Origin: Schizochytrium sp. TIO01
Lineage: Eukaryota; Protista; Bigyra: Labyrinthulomycetes
Assembly (NCBI GenBank): GCA_004764695.1
Contig: SMSO01000033.1
Coordinates: 1,488,001-1,552,000, forward strand
Length of the DNA stretch: 64,000 nucleotides
Direction of reading: 5' to 3'
The notes below the pieces were generated by a model. The model saw nothing but the letters and a program-made list of their open reading frames with translations. It was not told the origin of the DNA and made no database searches. This document shows positions 45,166 to 56,763 of this stretch, piece after piece. Position numbers and translations under genes: made by a program. The stretch's first letter is position 1; the number at the start of each line of letters is the position of its first letter.

Positions 45166-46812
45166 ATGCAGGCACCCCTAGTCCGCTCTGCAGCGGCAAG
45201 CTCTAAGTTGGCGGGTCGTGTGGCTCGCGGAGGATCGTGGAAGCGTCGCGTGAGCAGCTTGACATCTTCACAGTACACTCGCCATCAAACTGGACTTTTG
45301 CTCAGTGCCCAGGCAGCCGTCAAGGAAACTTTCCCTGCTGCTTTCGCAGCTGCGTCCTCCAATGCTCGCTTTTCAAGCAGCATGGCACCGCCACAGCTCG
45401 AACGTCGTGGAGATGCGGAGCTCCTCGTTCGAAAACTCCAAGAACGTTTCCCGGCAGACCAGGTGAGCACCTCGCCAGCGGTTCTCAAGGCCCACGCCAC
45501 CGACGAATCTTTCCATGACGTCCCCGAATCCGTGTACCCCGATGCAGTCTTCCTGCCCAAGTCCACCGAGGAGGTTTCCGAGGCCATGAAGATCGCCAAG
45601 GAGGCAGGGTCGCCCGTTATCTGCTATGGTGCAGGAACATGTCTTGAGGGCCACTTGGCTGCTCTGCAGGGTGGTCTCTGCATTGACCTTAGCGCTCACA
45701 TGAACCAGGTGCTCGAGGTGAACGCCAGTGACATGGACTGCCGAGTCCAGGCGGGTATCACGCGTGCAACTCTTAACGAGTACATTCGTGACACTGGACT
45801 TCAGTTCACTGTTGATCCTGGTGCGGACGCAAGTATCGGGGGCATGGTCAGCACAGGAGCCTCGGGCACCAGCGCTGTCAGATACGGTGTCATGCGTGAC
45901 AATGTGATGGGCCTCACTTGTGTCCTCGAGGATGGCCGTATTATGAAGACTGGCACTCGGGCACGTAAATCAAGCGCTGGCTACGACCTCACCAGCCTCA
46001 TTGTTGGCAGTGAGGGAACACTGGCATGTGTAACTGAGGTTTCTCTGAAGCTCCACGGCCAGCCTGAGTCTCAGGCCGCAGCTGTATGTTCCTTTCCTGA
46101 TGTGCGTGGTGCTGTCAACTCTGTTGTGACTGCTCTTCAGTATGGAATCCCGCTTGCCCGTGCCGAGTTCCTTTGCGCTAACACCCTTAAGGCTGTTGCT
46201 GCTCGCAGCGACGCCATCAAGGATCTTAACATGTCTACTGATTCCCCGGGTCTGTTTTTGGAGTTTCATGGTTCTGAGGCATCTGTTGAGGAGCAGGTTA
46301 TGATTATGAAGGATATTACCGAAATGAACGGTCTTATTGGCGACTTTCACTTTGCCTATGCTGAGGAGGACCGCCGCAAGCTTTGGAAGGCTCGCCATGA
46401 GGCCTACTGGGCTGTGCAGCAACTCCGCCCTGGCTGCCGAGGCTCCCCAACTGATGTTTGCGTGCCTTTGTCTAAGCTCCCTGACTTTGTGGAAGAGACT
46501 ATGGCCGATATTGCTGAGACCGACATCCCTGCCCCGCTCTTTGGACACATTGGTGATGGTAACTTTCATGTGATCTTGCTGGCCCGCGACGATGAGCCCC
46601 AGGAGTATCTTGACAAGATTTTTGCCTTTAACGACCGTCTTGTCCAGCGTGCCATCGATAACGAGGGCACTTGCACCGGTGAACACGGTATTGGTTACGG
46701 CAAACGCCGCTGGCTTGTGAAGGAATGCGGTGAAGTTGCTGTGGATGCTATGTCTGCTGTGAAGCGCGCACTTGATCCGGACAACCGCATGAACCCTGGC
46801 AAGGCTATCTAA
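45166..46812 (+). CDS. LDHD: Mitochondrial D-lactate dehydrogenase (FAD-linked oxidase type 4)
   Basis: Arg/Ser/Ala-rich transit peptide; DESFH, YGAGTCLEGH, VDPGADASIGGM.STGASGTSAVRYG.MRDNV, RARKSSAGYDLT.L.VGSEGTL, TDVCVP, GHIGDGNFH, GTCTGEHGIGYGK, MNPGK. Confidence 0.95.
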   Translation: MQAPLVRSAAASSKLAGRVARGGSWKRRVSSLTSSQYTRHQTGLLLSAQAAVKETFPAAFAAASSNARFSSSMAPPQLERRGDAELLVRKLQERFPADQVSTSPAVLKAHATDESFHDVPESVYPDAVFLPKSTEEVSEAMKIAKEAGSPVICYGAGTCLEGHLAALQGGLCIDLSAHMNQVLEVNASDMDCRVQAGITRATLNEYIRDTGLQFTVDPGADASIGGMVSTGASGTSAVRYGVMRDNVMGLTCVLEDGRIMKTGTRARKSSAGYDLTSLIVGSEGTLACVTEVSLKLHGQPESQAAAVCSFPDVRGAVNSVVTALQYGIPLARAEFLCANTLKAVAARSDAIKDLNMSTDSPGLFLEFHGSEASVEEQVMIMKDITEMNGLIGDFHFAYAEEDRRKLWKARHEAYWAVQQLRPGCRGSPTDVCVPLSKLPDFVEETMADIAETDIPAPLFGHIGDGNFHVILLARDDEPQEYLDKIFAFNDRLVQRAIDNEGTCTGEHGIGYGKRRWLVKECGEVAVDAMSAVKRALDPDNRMNPGKAI

Positions 46813-47756
46813 AACATCAAGTTCTTCTTCTCTTGACTATTCAGCAAAAGTCGTTTATCCCTACTGTGCCACTAAAGAAGAGTACAATGCATACAGAGAG
46901 ACGCAAGGTCCACATAGGAACCTCGCTCTTGTCCCGAGTTGAAATCTTAGCGGGTGAGCCCTGTCATGATCACCATCATCTGTAGCTAGAATGCGTCTGC
47001 TAATTTCATTCATTTTTTAATATTCTTACTGCTACCAAATTAATTTCCTCTACTTTTTCTTAGTAAAATTGGGATTGGCATGCGAAAACTGTGTTCAGAA
47101 TGGAGAAATAGGGCCCTACATACCGTTTGATACTACTGTGTAGAATGACGACGGCATGCTGATGTAGCATCTTCGAAACATGATACACAAAATAGACAAA
47201 ATTAAGTAAAAATATAAATGATGGTAATAGACCTACTATTTATGCAAAGTGTTATGTGCGTTGAGTTTTCTATCTCTCTCTAGCTTTCCACATCCGTGCA
47301 CAATAAAAGAGGTGATGGTATGAGGATCATCGTCAATGTGAAAAGGGTACTCTATTACTACTTTTACAGCTTGACAAAAATCCAAAACCAACGTAAGCTT
47401 TCCGCAAATGTTCCTTGCAAAAGTTAGTCAGCACGTGGATAGTGGATAGTGGATATGTGTAAGAGGTGCCTTCTTCAGTTGAAATGGACACAACAAGAGA
47501 ATCAGAAGAACCCTGATTAGCCTCAGGGTTCCGTAACCAGTGTACTTGCGCTAAGCTCATCCTAACACGATGCTTTGAGAGTAGTAGGCGTGATAATCAC
47601 AGAAACTAACCCAGCCATAGGTATTTTATTTTGGAGACAGGTTTCGCTTAATGAGCATGCTAATGAATAAGCAAGCATCAGTTCATAAGAGTAGCCGTAA
47701 AAGAATTCTAGCAAAAGAGAGTAGTGACTGCATACATACATGCTAGCACGCGTGCA

Positions 47757-50411
47757 TTACAAGTCAGGGTCCACAATATCATCAGGTGCATGTGATCCAG
47801 ATTGCTGGCTTCGCCCATCTAATCCTTCGCGATCACCATTATGATGTCTGTCACGAATATCGTCTTCATCAATATGCACACCCTGAGTAATCACACCGCA
47901 CGCCAAGTGCGCACGAGGAAAATCCTCAGCCAGCGGCGTCATACGCTGAAGCTCAATGGAGCTTGCGATCCACATAAGATTGCGCTGCAGCGAAATGGCA
48001 CCAAGTTCTAACGCGTGCCAGTACGCCATGCGATGGGCACGTAAGGTCGCCGCAATTGCTGCCAGGCCCTGCTCACTCGGAGGAGGAAGCATTTCTCTGC
48101 GACGAGGCGGAGGCGCACCCATGAGTACAGCTGCACAAATCAGATGACTCTCTGAGAGAACTTCAAGACTGTAACCGCCCTCCAAAGCAAGAAGGACGCG
48201 ACCATCAGCAAGTGACATAAGCTCGTGTAAAAGCTCGCCATAGCCTTCAGGGGTGATTCCACATCCACCGAGAGGGTCTCCCTTAGCAGCGTCGAAACCT
48301 GCACTGACAAGAACAATATCTGGGTCAAATTGACGAGCAGCTGGCATAAGCACGTGTCGCCAAGCAGCGAGGTATTCGGAGTCACCAAAAGGCCCATGCC
48401 CATTCCATCCAATATTGATGTTCCGACCAAAGCCTGGTCCTGAGCCAACACGATCCGGAGCACCATCAGGGCCACCAGGGTAGAATTGTCCCAGGTCCCA
48501 GCGATGGACACTAAAGACAAGGACATTCGGGTTAGAATCAAAGGCGTGTTGCGTACCGTTTCCGTGATGTACATCCCAATCGACAACGAGGACACGCGCA
48601 GGTCGCTTCAAAGGTTTGTAATTTGCCGCAGCACGCTTTACCTTTTTTCGCGAGACTGTAGGGTCAAGCATAACCCGTGTGCCAGTAGGACTTGCTGGCC
48701 CACTTTTGGCATGTTCATTTTCGTAGTCGCCCGGGTCGGTAGACTCACGTTGGCGCGTTTGTGAGCGAGGTCTTTCGTCATCACCGTCACCGGGGCTTGC
48801 ATTAGCCCAAGACAACTTCGAGTCGCCGCCAGCAGCTTCGCTGCTACCATGGCTGCTACTATCAGCGACTGAGTCACAGCTAGTTGATCCTGACCCAGTG
48901 CTTTTGCGAGCAATACCGCTAGCGATGCTGTTATTACTGTTGCTATGGGGATGGCGTGGTCTCAGAGAATTTTCTGAAGGGGGCACCGCGCTTTCAGTTA
49001 TATCTTCACTATGAGCATTTGTCGGTGTCGAGGTAGTTTCACGGTCGTCTTCCATCGCATGCACGAATTTCCGCATGCCTCCCGCATGTTGACTTTCCTC
49101 CACGCGAGTAGACTTGGCTACATAAGCAGCAGCCAGAGCAAGATTGTTAAACACGCAAAATCCCTTGATACAAGTTTCCTCAGCGTGATGCCCCGGAGGT
49201 CTTACGACAGCAATGCCATTCTTGACACGCCCGTCACAGATGGCCTTCACAAGCTCCATAACAGCTCCTGCAGCCCTGTACGAAGCCAGTGCCGTGTGTT
49301 CGTTCGCAAATGCGGATTCCTTCTCCAGCGATGCCTGCACCGCATGTCTGATATGTGGGTCTTTTAGGTCATCCACCTGATCTAAATGGTCTTGAGAGTG
49401 TATCTTTAGAAGTTCCTCCTTGGTTGCGTCAACTGGCTTAAGGTGATTCATCTTCCCAAGCAGCCCAGTCAGCTCAAAGGTCTTCATCACGCACAAGATT
49501 CTCGCAGGCCTCTCCGGATGCGCAATTGTTGGGTGCTCGTGCTGCAGGCACGCATCGTCGTAAGCCAGTCCCACGATGCGCCGCTCGCCCTCGGGCAGCA
49601 CGCCGCGTTGGGCCTGCGACCTCCACTTGCTGTCCCCTGTTCTCCCAGAGCCTCTTGAGGACCTTGGTGTGTGCCGCGCCCCGCCACTCTTCCCAATCAT
49701 CGACAGGGACGAAGATGATGCCGAGGATTTCAATGTCTTGTTCGAAGGGGTAAGTGCTCCATCAGACAAAGACATACCTTCACGTAGGTCATCGATATGG
49801 TCCCGGAGGTACTCGCGGTACTTCTCGTGCGCGTTGGCAGCAGCATCGAGTGCGTGGCTCTCAGTTGCCTCGAGACCCTTCTGCTCCTCGTCATCTTCTT
49901 CCTCCTCATCACCCTCAGTAAGTACACCGGCAGCACGGCCTCTGCGTTGCCAGAGAGTGGGCCTCGCGCGCTCCTGCGAGAAAGCGTTTGTGAAGTCCAT
50001 ATGGCTGCCAAAGCTGCTACTAATACTGCGCGGAGACCGAGGGCTCGCCACGCCGCGAGCAACAGATGGCGACGATCCGGCTGCGCTACCCACCGCGGAT
50101 AGTGCAGCTGCAACAGCAGCGAGGCCGCTTGCCGTGGAGTTTGAGGGCATAGTGGACAAGGTTGCATTTGAAGAAGATGAGTTCGGGTTTGGGTTTGAGT
50201 TTGAGTTCGACGAAGCCAAGACCGACGAAGCCGACGCCGCTAGGGCTGCAAGGGAAGAGGATGAAGCAGACGCTAGGCCGCTGTTTGACATCAGTCCTGA
50301 TCCTGAGAATCTAGGGGCCACCGCTGCCGCTGCCGCTGCCGCTGCCGTCGCCGCTCCTGAAGACGAGGTCGAGGACGACGGGGATGGAGAGGACGTGCCG
50401 GAGGCCTCCAT
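47757..50411 (-). CDS. Class II histone deacetylase (Hda1/HDAC6-like, single catalytic domain)
   Basis: HPERPARI, VRPPGHHAE, GFCVFNN, VDWDVHHGNGTQ, SVHRW...FYPG, VSAGFDAA.GDPLGG, LEGGY (catalytic Tyr retained); long S/A-rich N-terminus. Confidence 0.93.
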   Translation of the reverse strand: MEASGTSSPSPSSSTSSSGAATAAAAAAAAVAPRFSGSGLMSNSGLASASSSSLAALAASASSVLASSNSNSNPNPNSSSSNATLSTMPSNSTASGLAAVAAALSAVGSAAGSSPSVARGVASPRSPRSISSSFGSHMDFTNAFSQERARPTLWQRRGRAAGVLTEGDEEEEDDEEQKGLEATESHALDAAANAHEKYREYLRDHIDDLREGMSLSDGALTPSNKTLKSSASSSSLSMIGKSGGARHTPRSSRGSGRTGDSKWRSQAQRGVLPEGERRIVGLAYDDACLQHEHPTIAHPERPARILCVMKTFELTGLLGKMNHLKPVDATKEELLKIHSQDHLDQVDDLKDPHIRHAVQASLEKESAFANEHTALASYRAAGAVMELVKAICDGRVKNGIAVVRPPGHHAEETCIKGFCVFNNLALAAAYVAKSTRVEESQHAGGMRKFVHAMEDDRETTSTPTNAHSEDITESAVPPSENSLRPRHPHSNSNNSIASGIARKSTGSGSTSCDSVADSSSHGSSEAAGGDSKLSWANASPGDGDDERPRSQTRQRESTDPGDYENEHAKSGPASPTGTRVMLDPTVSRKKVKRAAANYKPLKRPARVLVVDWDVHHGNGTQHAFDSNPNVLVFSVHRWDLGQFYPGGPDGAPDRVGSGPGFGRNINIGWNGHGPFGDSEYLAAWRHVLMPAARQFDPDIVLVSAGFDAAKGDPLGGCGITPEGYGELLHELMSLADGRVLLALEGGYSLEVLSESHLICAAVLMGAPPPRRREMLPPPSEQGLAAIAATLRAHRMAYWHALELGAISLQRNLMWIASSIELQRMTPLAEDFPRAHLACGVITQGVHIDEDDIRDRHHNGDREGLDGRSQQSGSHAPDDIVDPDL

Positions 50412-51248
50412 GGCGGCCTCTTGCCGTCGCAGAGGCGCGAAGGTCTGCCAGAGAGAGCGATTTACGTAGCCAGCTTCCCCGCCAGCGAGCGAGAGAGCCT
50501 CCCGAGTACGGGCCTCTCGCCGCCGCTGCGCGCAAGCGTCTTGATTCCGTCTTTGCGTGCTCTTTCCTCAATGCGCTTTTCGACATCAATTTTTCGATTT
50601 CTCTTTCAAGAAATCAACTCGTCCTAAATTATGGCTACTTTCACTTTTCAGACCCTTTATAATCCCTAGATACCCCCAGGATTTGTATTTAAATACCCTC
50701 CCTCAACCTAAACTCCTATTGGAGCCCTTGCAAAGGGCAATTATAGGGTACCCCCGTTTGCTTCCTTTCTTTCTTTTCTGTTGATTTCCTTCTTTTCCTT
50801 CTTTTTCTCCTTTGCTTTCGGCGAAGGCTTCGCTTTCCTTGCGCCTTTCGCGATGATTACACAGCCATTTCTGCGTTCTTCGGGCGATGATGGTGAGTCT
50901 TTCACAGCTTTCGCGGGACCCGGAGGCCTGCAAGTGGCTTGGTCGGATCAGGATCAGTGCTTTGTTTCCCTGTTATGTCTGTCTCCCTGCGTCTGTCAGG
51001 TGTTTGTTTGTTTCCCACTATTTTTTACTCTTTTCTCAGGTTTTTTACTTTCTTCCTTTTGCACCTTTCGATGTTATGTGTTTATTATGTATGAGACACT
51101 TCACACATAGGATACGATAATTGAGTCGAAGGTTGATTATATCATTATTTATCTTCGAAGTAGTTTTATTAATTTAACCAAAATAAAAAGCAAAAAAACA
51201 AAAACAAAAAACAGCTTTGGACCAACAAACAAACAGACAAGCTTGAAG

Positions 51249-51528
51249 AAACAAACAAACAAACAAACAAACAAACAAACAAACAAACAAACAAACAAAC
51301 AAACAAACAAACAAACGAACAAACAAACAAACAAACAAACAAACAAACAAACAAACAAACAAACAAACAAACAAACAAACAAATAAACAAACAAACAAAC
51401 AAACAAACAAACAAACAAACAAACAAACAAACAAACAAACAAACAAACAAACAAACAAACAAACAAACAAACAAACAAACAAACAAACAAACAAACAAAC
51501 AAACAAACAAACAAACAAACGAACGAAC
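51249..51528. repeat. (AAAC)~70 microsatellite, about 280 bp, few interruptions
   Basis: Seen directly; source of the spurious FVCL ORFs. Confidence 0.97.
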
Positions 51529-51851
51529 AAAAGAGTACGGATTGCAATGGGCCATTGCAATCATGAAAACTTCATTCGACGCGTCCTTTCAAAGCGAGGC
51601 TTGCTTTTCCCGGTGTCCAGTATTGTGGGGTTGTTAATTTGGGCCAACTTTGTTTGCTCCGAAGGTTGGTTTAACTTCGATGGCAATTGAGAAGAACAGA
51701 AAACAGCGTTACCAAGCTCTAGAGATACAAAACTAAACTAACTTGGTGCTGGTGCGCGTCAGCAGTAAACCAGAGTTAAGCGGGAGATATTATCAATCAG
51801 CTCGAGGGCGATCTTGAGAGAAGATTTAATATACAAACAGCTTACCTCAAA

Positions 51852-51946
51852 TTCAACTTCAACTTCAACTTCAGCTTGATTTGATTTGATTCGATTTGAT
51901 TTGATATGATATGATTTGATTTGATTTGATTTAGTTTGGTTTGATT
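51852..51946. repeat. Compound (TTCAAC)n + (TTTGA/TATGA)n microsatellite
   Basis: Seen directly. Confidence 0.85.
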
Positions 51947-52914
51947 CAACTTTCGTTGCATTGTAATGCCCTGCTGTGGAGATCCATCCTCATTCTGCTT
52001 TACAGCTTTGTTTTGCAAGGCAGTTCCAGTTATTGCTGTGCATGTTTCTCTTACTTTTGGTATATTTCGATGTTGCCTCGGCGCCTTAGATCTCAAAGTA
52101 GACTTGAGCGAAGACACCAAGCACAGGCTTTCCTTTTGCTGCTGCATATCCAAGTTCGTTCTTCGAGGCCGGCTAGCTTAGTGCGAGCTACGCATCTTCT
52201 TTGGCCCACGGCTTTAGCCAACCCACGCGAGCCGAGGCCTCGACAGCGAAGACTTGAGAAACGAGGCCAACATGAAAACAAGCGCCTGCTACTACACAGC
52301 GTATACATAAATATAAATATACATATATATATTTATTATTTTTTAATTTTTTTATTTTTATTTTTTTAAATAAAATAAATGTGGCTAAAGGTTTGCTAGC
52401 TAAATTAAGAAGAAAGGGAATTGACGGGAATTGACGAATAATAGAGCAATGCCAAAGAATGTAATGCGAAGTTATGGCGAATGGTCAATCAGCATTGGCT
52501 TTATAGCTAAGCAGCTAAGCAATGCTTAGGTCTCGGAGGTCTGGCCGGTTCCCACTTTCCCTGTGTCTCAGGCCCATCGAGTCGCCTGAAGCTTATTCTC
52601 AGTTGGCGCCTTTCTCACTTTCGCGTGCCCTTCGTACATAATAGCAGACCCTGCTTCACAGGTGAAGATCAATCAGAAAATAAGTATTTAGGCAGAACAG
52701 TTCACGCACTGTGTTTCCAGCTTTTAATCGCAGATCAAGCGAGTTCTTGTTCTTTGCTCATAGCGTCGTGATGATCATCGTTGTGAGATTGATTAGCAGA
52801 GGTCAGTCGTCAGCAACCCTAAGCAGTTAACTCCTAACACATCGATCGATGGGCCTTTGCGTCTTCAGGCTTCTTACAGGTTTCGAGCGTGGTCCAACTT
52901 GAAGTTTTGTATGC

Positions 52915-52948
52915 ATGAATGAATGAGTGAATGAATGAATGAATGAAT
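52915..52948. repeat. (GAAT)n microsatellite
   Basis: Seen directly. Confidence 0.85.
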
Positions 52949-55731
52949 GTAGAAATGCAATTCATAAAGGGAGAATTGATTCGATGTCGTCAAGTTCTTC
53001 GTTTCTTCTTTCCGCCTTTGCACATGTCAACATTCCGCTCACCATCCTCCAATGTAAATTAGGTAGATAGGTATACCTGATATCATATATGAGGATTTTT
53101 GTTCTCGTTTTCTTCTTCGTGTATTTTTTTTGGTTCATAATCTGTAAGTCATGAAATTGCAATGACAATGACAACGACGATAGCAACGACCTCCCAGCAC
53201 ACCCCTCGCTGGCTGCTTGCTCCGGGGGTCCCCTGCTGCATCGCGAGGTAGGTAGGTAGGTAGGTACCTGGCGGAGCCAGCTCGCGAGCCGCGAACCGCT
53301 GCCTACCTGAGCTTGGTTCTACGATTCTCGATGCATTCTGGCATCACCCAACTAGGTGCAGCATAACTTGTGTTGCCCGGCCAGAGAGCGCAGCTTAGCG
53401 AACCTGGAAAACGAAGTGATGGGTAAGTCGGCCAGCATTTAAGTACCCCCAGGGCGTCTCGATGTTGTACTAGCTTGGGCACGCTCGGAAAAACCGGCGA
53501 TAACTTCATTTGAAGACGATCTTGGCCATGATCTTCTCAATTTTGCTACTCTCGCTCTGCGTGTGTTAAAACCTTTCAACTTAGGTAAACAAACTCAAAA
53601 CAATCACTCAGTACGCTACTTTGCAAAGTGAATTATCGAAGTACCTTCCTTATTCATTCATAGGTTCAACGCATTGCAGTTGTTTTAAGAAAGAAAGTCT
53701 ACAATCCGTTTATTTATCATCGTTTATTTTATTTTATTTTATTTTATTTTAACCAAAAACAATTTCATTTAATTTTATAATAAATTTAATAAATAAAAAT
53801 AAAAATAGAGAAATACCTGAGAAGAATTCATCCTTTCGATGGCGCGTGCGACGCCAGCGGCCCACTCGGAGTTTGCCTCGTGAGCGCAGCTGCATATGAG
53901 GGGAGGGCGCCGTGTAAGATCTTGCCTGCTCTGCCTTCTCTGCCTCCGCCGCAGCCGCCTGCAAGCACACCTGGCCGAGGAGCGCGCAACGGAAGCGAGA
54001 AGGCAGAGAAGAGCGCATCTACTGCTCACGTCATCACAGGCGAAACTCTTTTTTATATATTTTGCTTTTCGTTGCCAACTTCTTTTTTTTTCTTTTTCTT
54101 TTTTAAAGAGAAAGGAGTATTTCAATGGTTGTGAAAAGGCTTCCTCAAGCGAATTGCAGCGCCCCAGAAACATCACAGTGATACCCGAATCGCCTCATTC
54201 GGAAAGGCCAGTAACATTATCTTGCTGCTTTATTAATACAATAGCACTGTGTTGAGTAAGAAACAAGAATGCTTCTGCATGAACTATCAATCTTGCGTTT
54301 CATTCCATTATGTTCAAGAGCATCTACAAAGTTTGGTGGTGGGACACGCAATAGAAGCATTCGTGACCTTATCTGGATGCCAGAAGTTAATGTTATTGCA
54401 ATTCGTCGAGGTAGCAGGTGTGATCATTTCAGTTTGGACAGCATCTATAGGCCCGAATTATCTATCATGAAAATGCAGTACCTTCAACTATTCCCACTGT
54501 CACCACAATGTGTACGATACCTAAATGGTCTAAAAGGGTTCAGGCGTCGCGTGAGACCAACGTTGGTGATGACAAACATCTCAGGCCACGCTACTCCAAC
54601 GACTCCAAGTCTACAAGTTTGAAGCTGAGTGCACGATCGTGACCTCGCACGACTTTGAGAAGGCACTGAAACGACATTGAAAACTGCGCACACAGAACTT
54701 CAAGAGGAACTTGAAGGCAGATCTGGGTGAAAGCCCGTAAAGCTGGAGCGTTTCTGCAACGAAGGCCTTCCAAAGATCAAGTTAGCGAACAGCCTGAGGA
54801 GTATCCGTCAAAGCACTAATACTATCTAGATGCCAGGTAGCTAGTGGTAGCATCCAACCACAGATTGACATCATGATCACCGTCATAGGCTGCACCAACG
54901 CTGCATTGCAAACATGTAAACACCAGCTGCCTTTGCATTTCCAGCGCAAGTCCGTGCCTATTCGCAAAAGGCGCCGTGAATCATTTAGAAGCCGCAAATC
55001 GTTTGCGTTACCAAAATCGAATTGAAGTAGCACCATCCCAAAGTGCTACTTTCCAAAGTGCTTGTTCTCCTCTTCTTCTTCAATTTATATTAGTAGTTAC
55101 CTAATACATACGATAGAATAATGACCAGGGCAAACAAAGAGGACAAGTAGCACAGCGTGCATATACCAGTTGTCGAGATTTCTTGCGAGCATTAGTCACT
55201 GCAGCAGAGCCGAAACTGCGAGACATAGTTGAAAGGCAGTCCAGACAAAGTAAGCGATGTCGGAAGGTAAACGTTTTAGGTTAGAGGGCAACACTCCTGT
55301 GGCGACTTGCGAGTCTTGATCTTGAGCGATGTCAGCGTTGCAATGGGGGATTTGGCACAAACTAGCCAGCTGTCAACGCAAGCATCTGTCAGCAGATAAT
55401 GATTGGAGAAATTGATGTAAGCCATTGGCATCGCCATTACCTTCCTTCTACAGAGTTAGATTAGGTCCCTATATGATGAGAGCAAAGAACAATTGATCAG
55501 CCTATAGAGATATGTATCATTCCATGACGAATTGATGAAGACGGGAGTTTATTAAAACAAACACTCACCAAACGTCTTGTAGATCTTAAACTATGGCTTC
55601 TAATGCCAAGAATAGCTGGTGGAAAATTTTAAACTGACGTTGCTCAACTACAATACAAACTCTTTTACTTTTTGCTGGTTGCTAAAGACGGTTGCTCAAG
55701 ACGTTCCAGGAAACCAAATCAAAGACCTAAA

Positions 55732-56763
55732 ATGGCCAGTCTTCGTGTCACTCCTAAACACCCAGCACTTGCTCGTAACGCAGATGCATTTTCCCCACCC
55801 GAAGTATCGGAGTTGAGTCACCACTCAACTGATGCCGACTCCGCAGAGCACCAGGTACGAATGGTTGTTTCATGCAAACATAAGAAACACGGCTACACTG
55901 TTTCCAGGACCGTCTGTGCGCATGGTCTCTCGAAAGATCAAGCGGAAGCTGTAAAGAAAGCCTTTGGCGAAGAAGATGCTGACCACGCACCTGACGTTCA
56001 CACTCATAGTTCCGGACTTCTGGTGACCCCTGAACTTCTGGTGACCCGCTCTGCGGAATCTGCCGCTGCTCTTAATGCTTACCCTCTTGAAGGTCTCAAA
56101 GCAGTATCTCTCGATACTGCGCCTGAGCTCGTTGAAGACACAGGTGTCTACGTTGCAACGCGTTTCATTGAGCGCGAGCCTATCACTGTGCAGCTCATCA
56201 AGATTGGCCACCTTGAGCCCAGGACACAGGTTGAGTTCTTAGGTACGATTATGGAGCGAAAAGACGTTCAGAAGATCTCCGTTGTTATTCAAGACGAAGA
56301 AGGACAGCGCCGCAGTGCGGGCATCAATGAAACTCTTCCACCACCTCCTCAGGACGATACTGAACCACACAAAGAAAGCAAAGTGCCTGAACAGCTTAAA
56401 CCTCTCATTGTCTTCCTTGAAAAGCAGGATAAAGAGGGAGTAGAATTTATGGCAAAACATCTTGACGGATTTGCTGAGGCTTGGAAGGATAGTCGCGTTG
56501 GACACCACATGATGGTTGCAGGTGAAACTCCTCGCGATGCAGAAGCAGCATTTGTATGCTCGATGTTGCGTTTTCGAGACCTAGGATTTCGGTTCGTCTT
56601 GGTGGAAGCATCCAACCCATGGACAGCATCCTGCTGCGAAAAATTTGGATGCACCGCAATTCAGCTGGAGGCCTTCGCAGACCACCCAGTGGGCGAGTCA
56701 GTCGTAGGACCACCAGACTCTGGTTGTGTACTGTATGTGATGGACCTTACCCAGGCCCAGTGA
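55732..56763 (+). CDS. GNAT-fold protein resembling insect-type arylalkylamine N-acetyltransferases
   Basis: VATRFIEREPI (cf. FFxDEP), ISVVIQDEEG...GINE, and SMLRFRDLGFRFVLVEASNPWTASCCEKFG (GNAT motif B-like). ATG at 55732. Family call by eye. Confidence 0.6.
   Translation: MASLRVTPKHPALARNADAFSPPEVSELSHHSTDADSAEHQVRMVVSCKHKKHGYTVSRTVCAHGLSKDQAEAVKKAFGEEDADHAPDVHTHSSGLLVTPELLVTRSAESAAALNAYPLEGLKAVSLDTAPELVEDTGVYVATRFIEREPITVQLIKIGHLEPRTQVEFLGTIMERKDVQKISVVIQDEEGQRRSAGINETLPPPPQDDTEPHKESKVPEQLKPLIVFLEKQDKEGVEFMAKHLDGFAEAWKDSRVGHHMMVAGETPRDAEAAFVCSMLRFRDLGFRFVLVEASNPWTASCCEKFGCTAIQLEAFADHPVGESVVGPPDSGCVLYVMDLTQAQ

Noticed and set aside
13280-46812. L2HGDH and LDHD as a 2-hydroxyacid repair gene cluster; also DOT1 plus HDAC, and tepsin/SCFD2/Sec14, as functional clusters
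   Set aside because: The genes are separated by many kb and by unrelated genes; chance co-location is sufficient without synteny or co-expression data.
49576-50469. 297 aa plus-strand ORF, and similar antisense ORFs such as 45970-46686 and 32375-32860
   Set aside because: Shadow frames of real genes on the opposite strand; no motifs of their own.
51149-51564. Three ORFs of (FVCL)n
   Set aside because: Translations of the (AAAC)n microsatellite, which has no stops on the minus strand.
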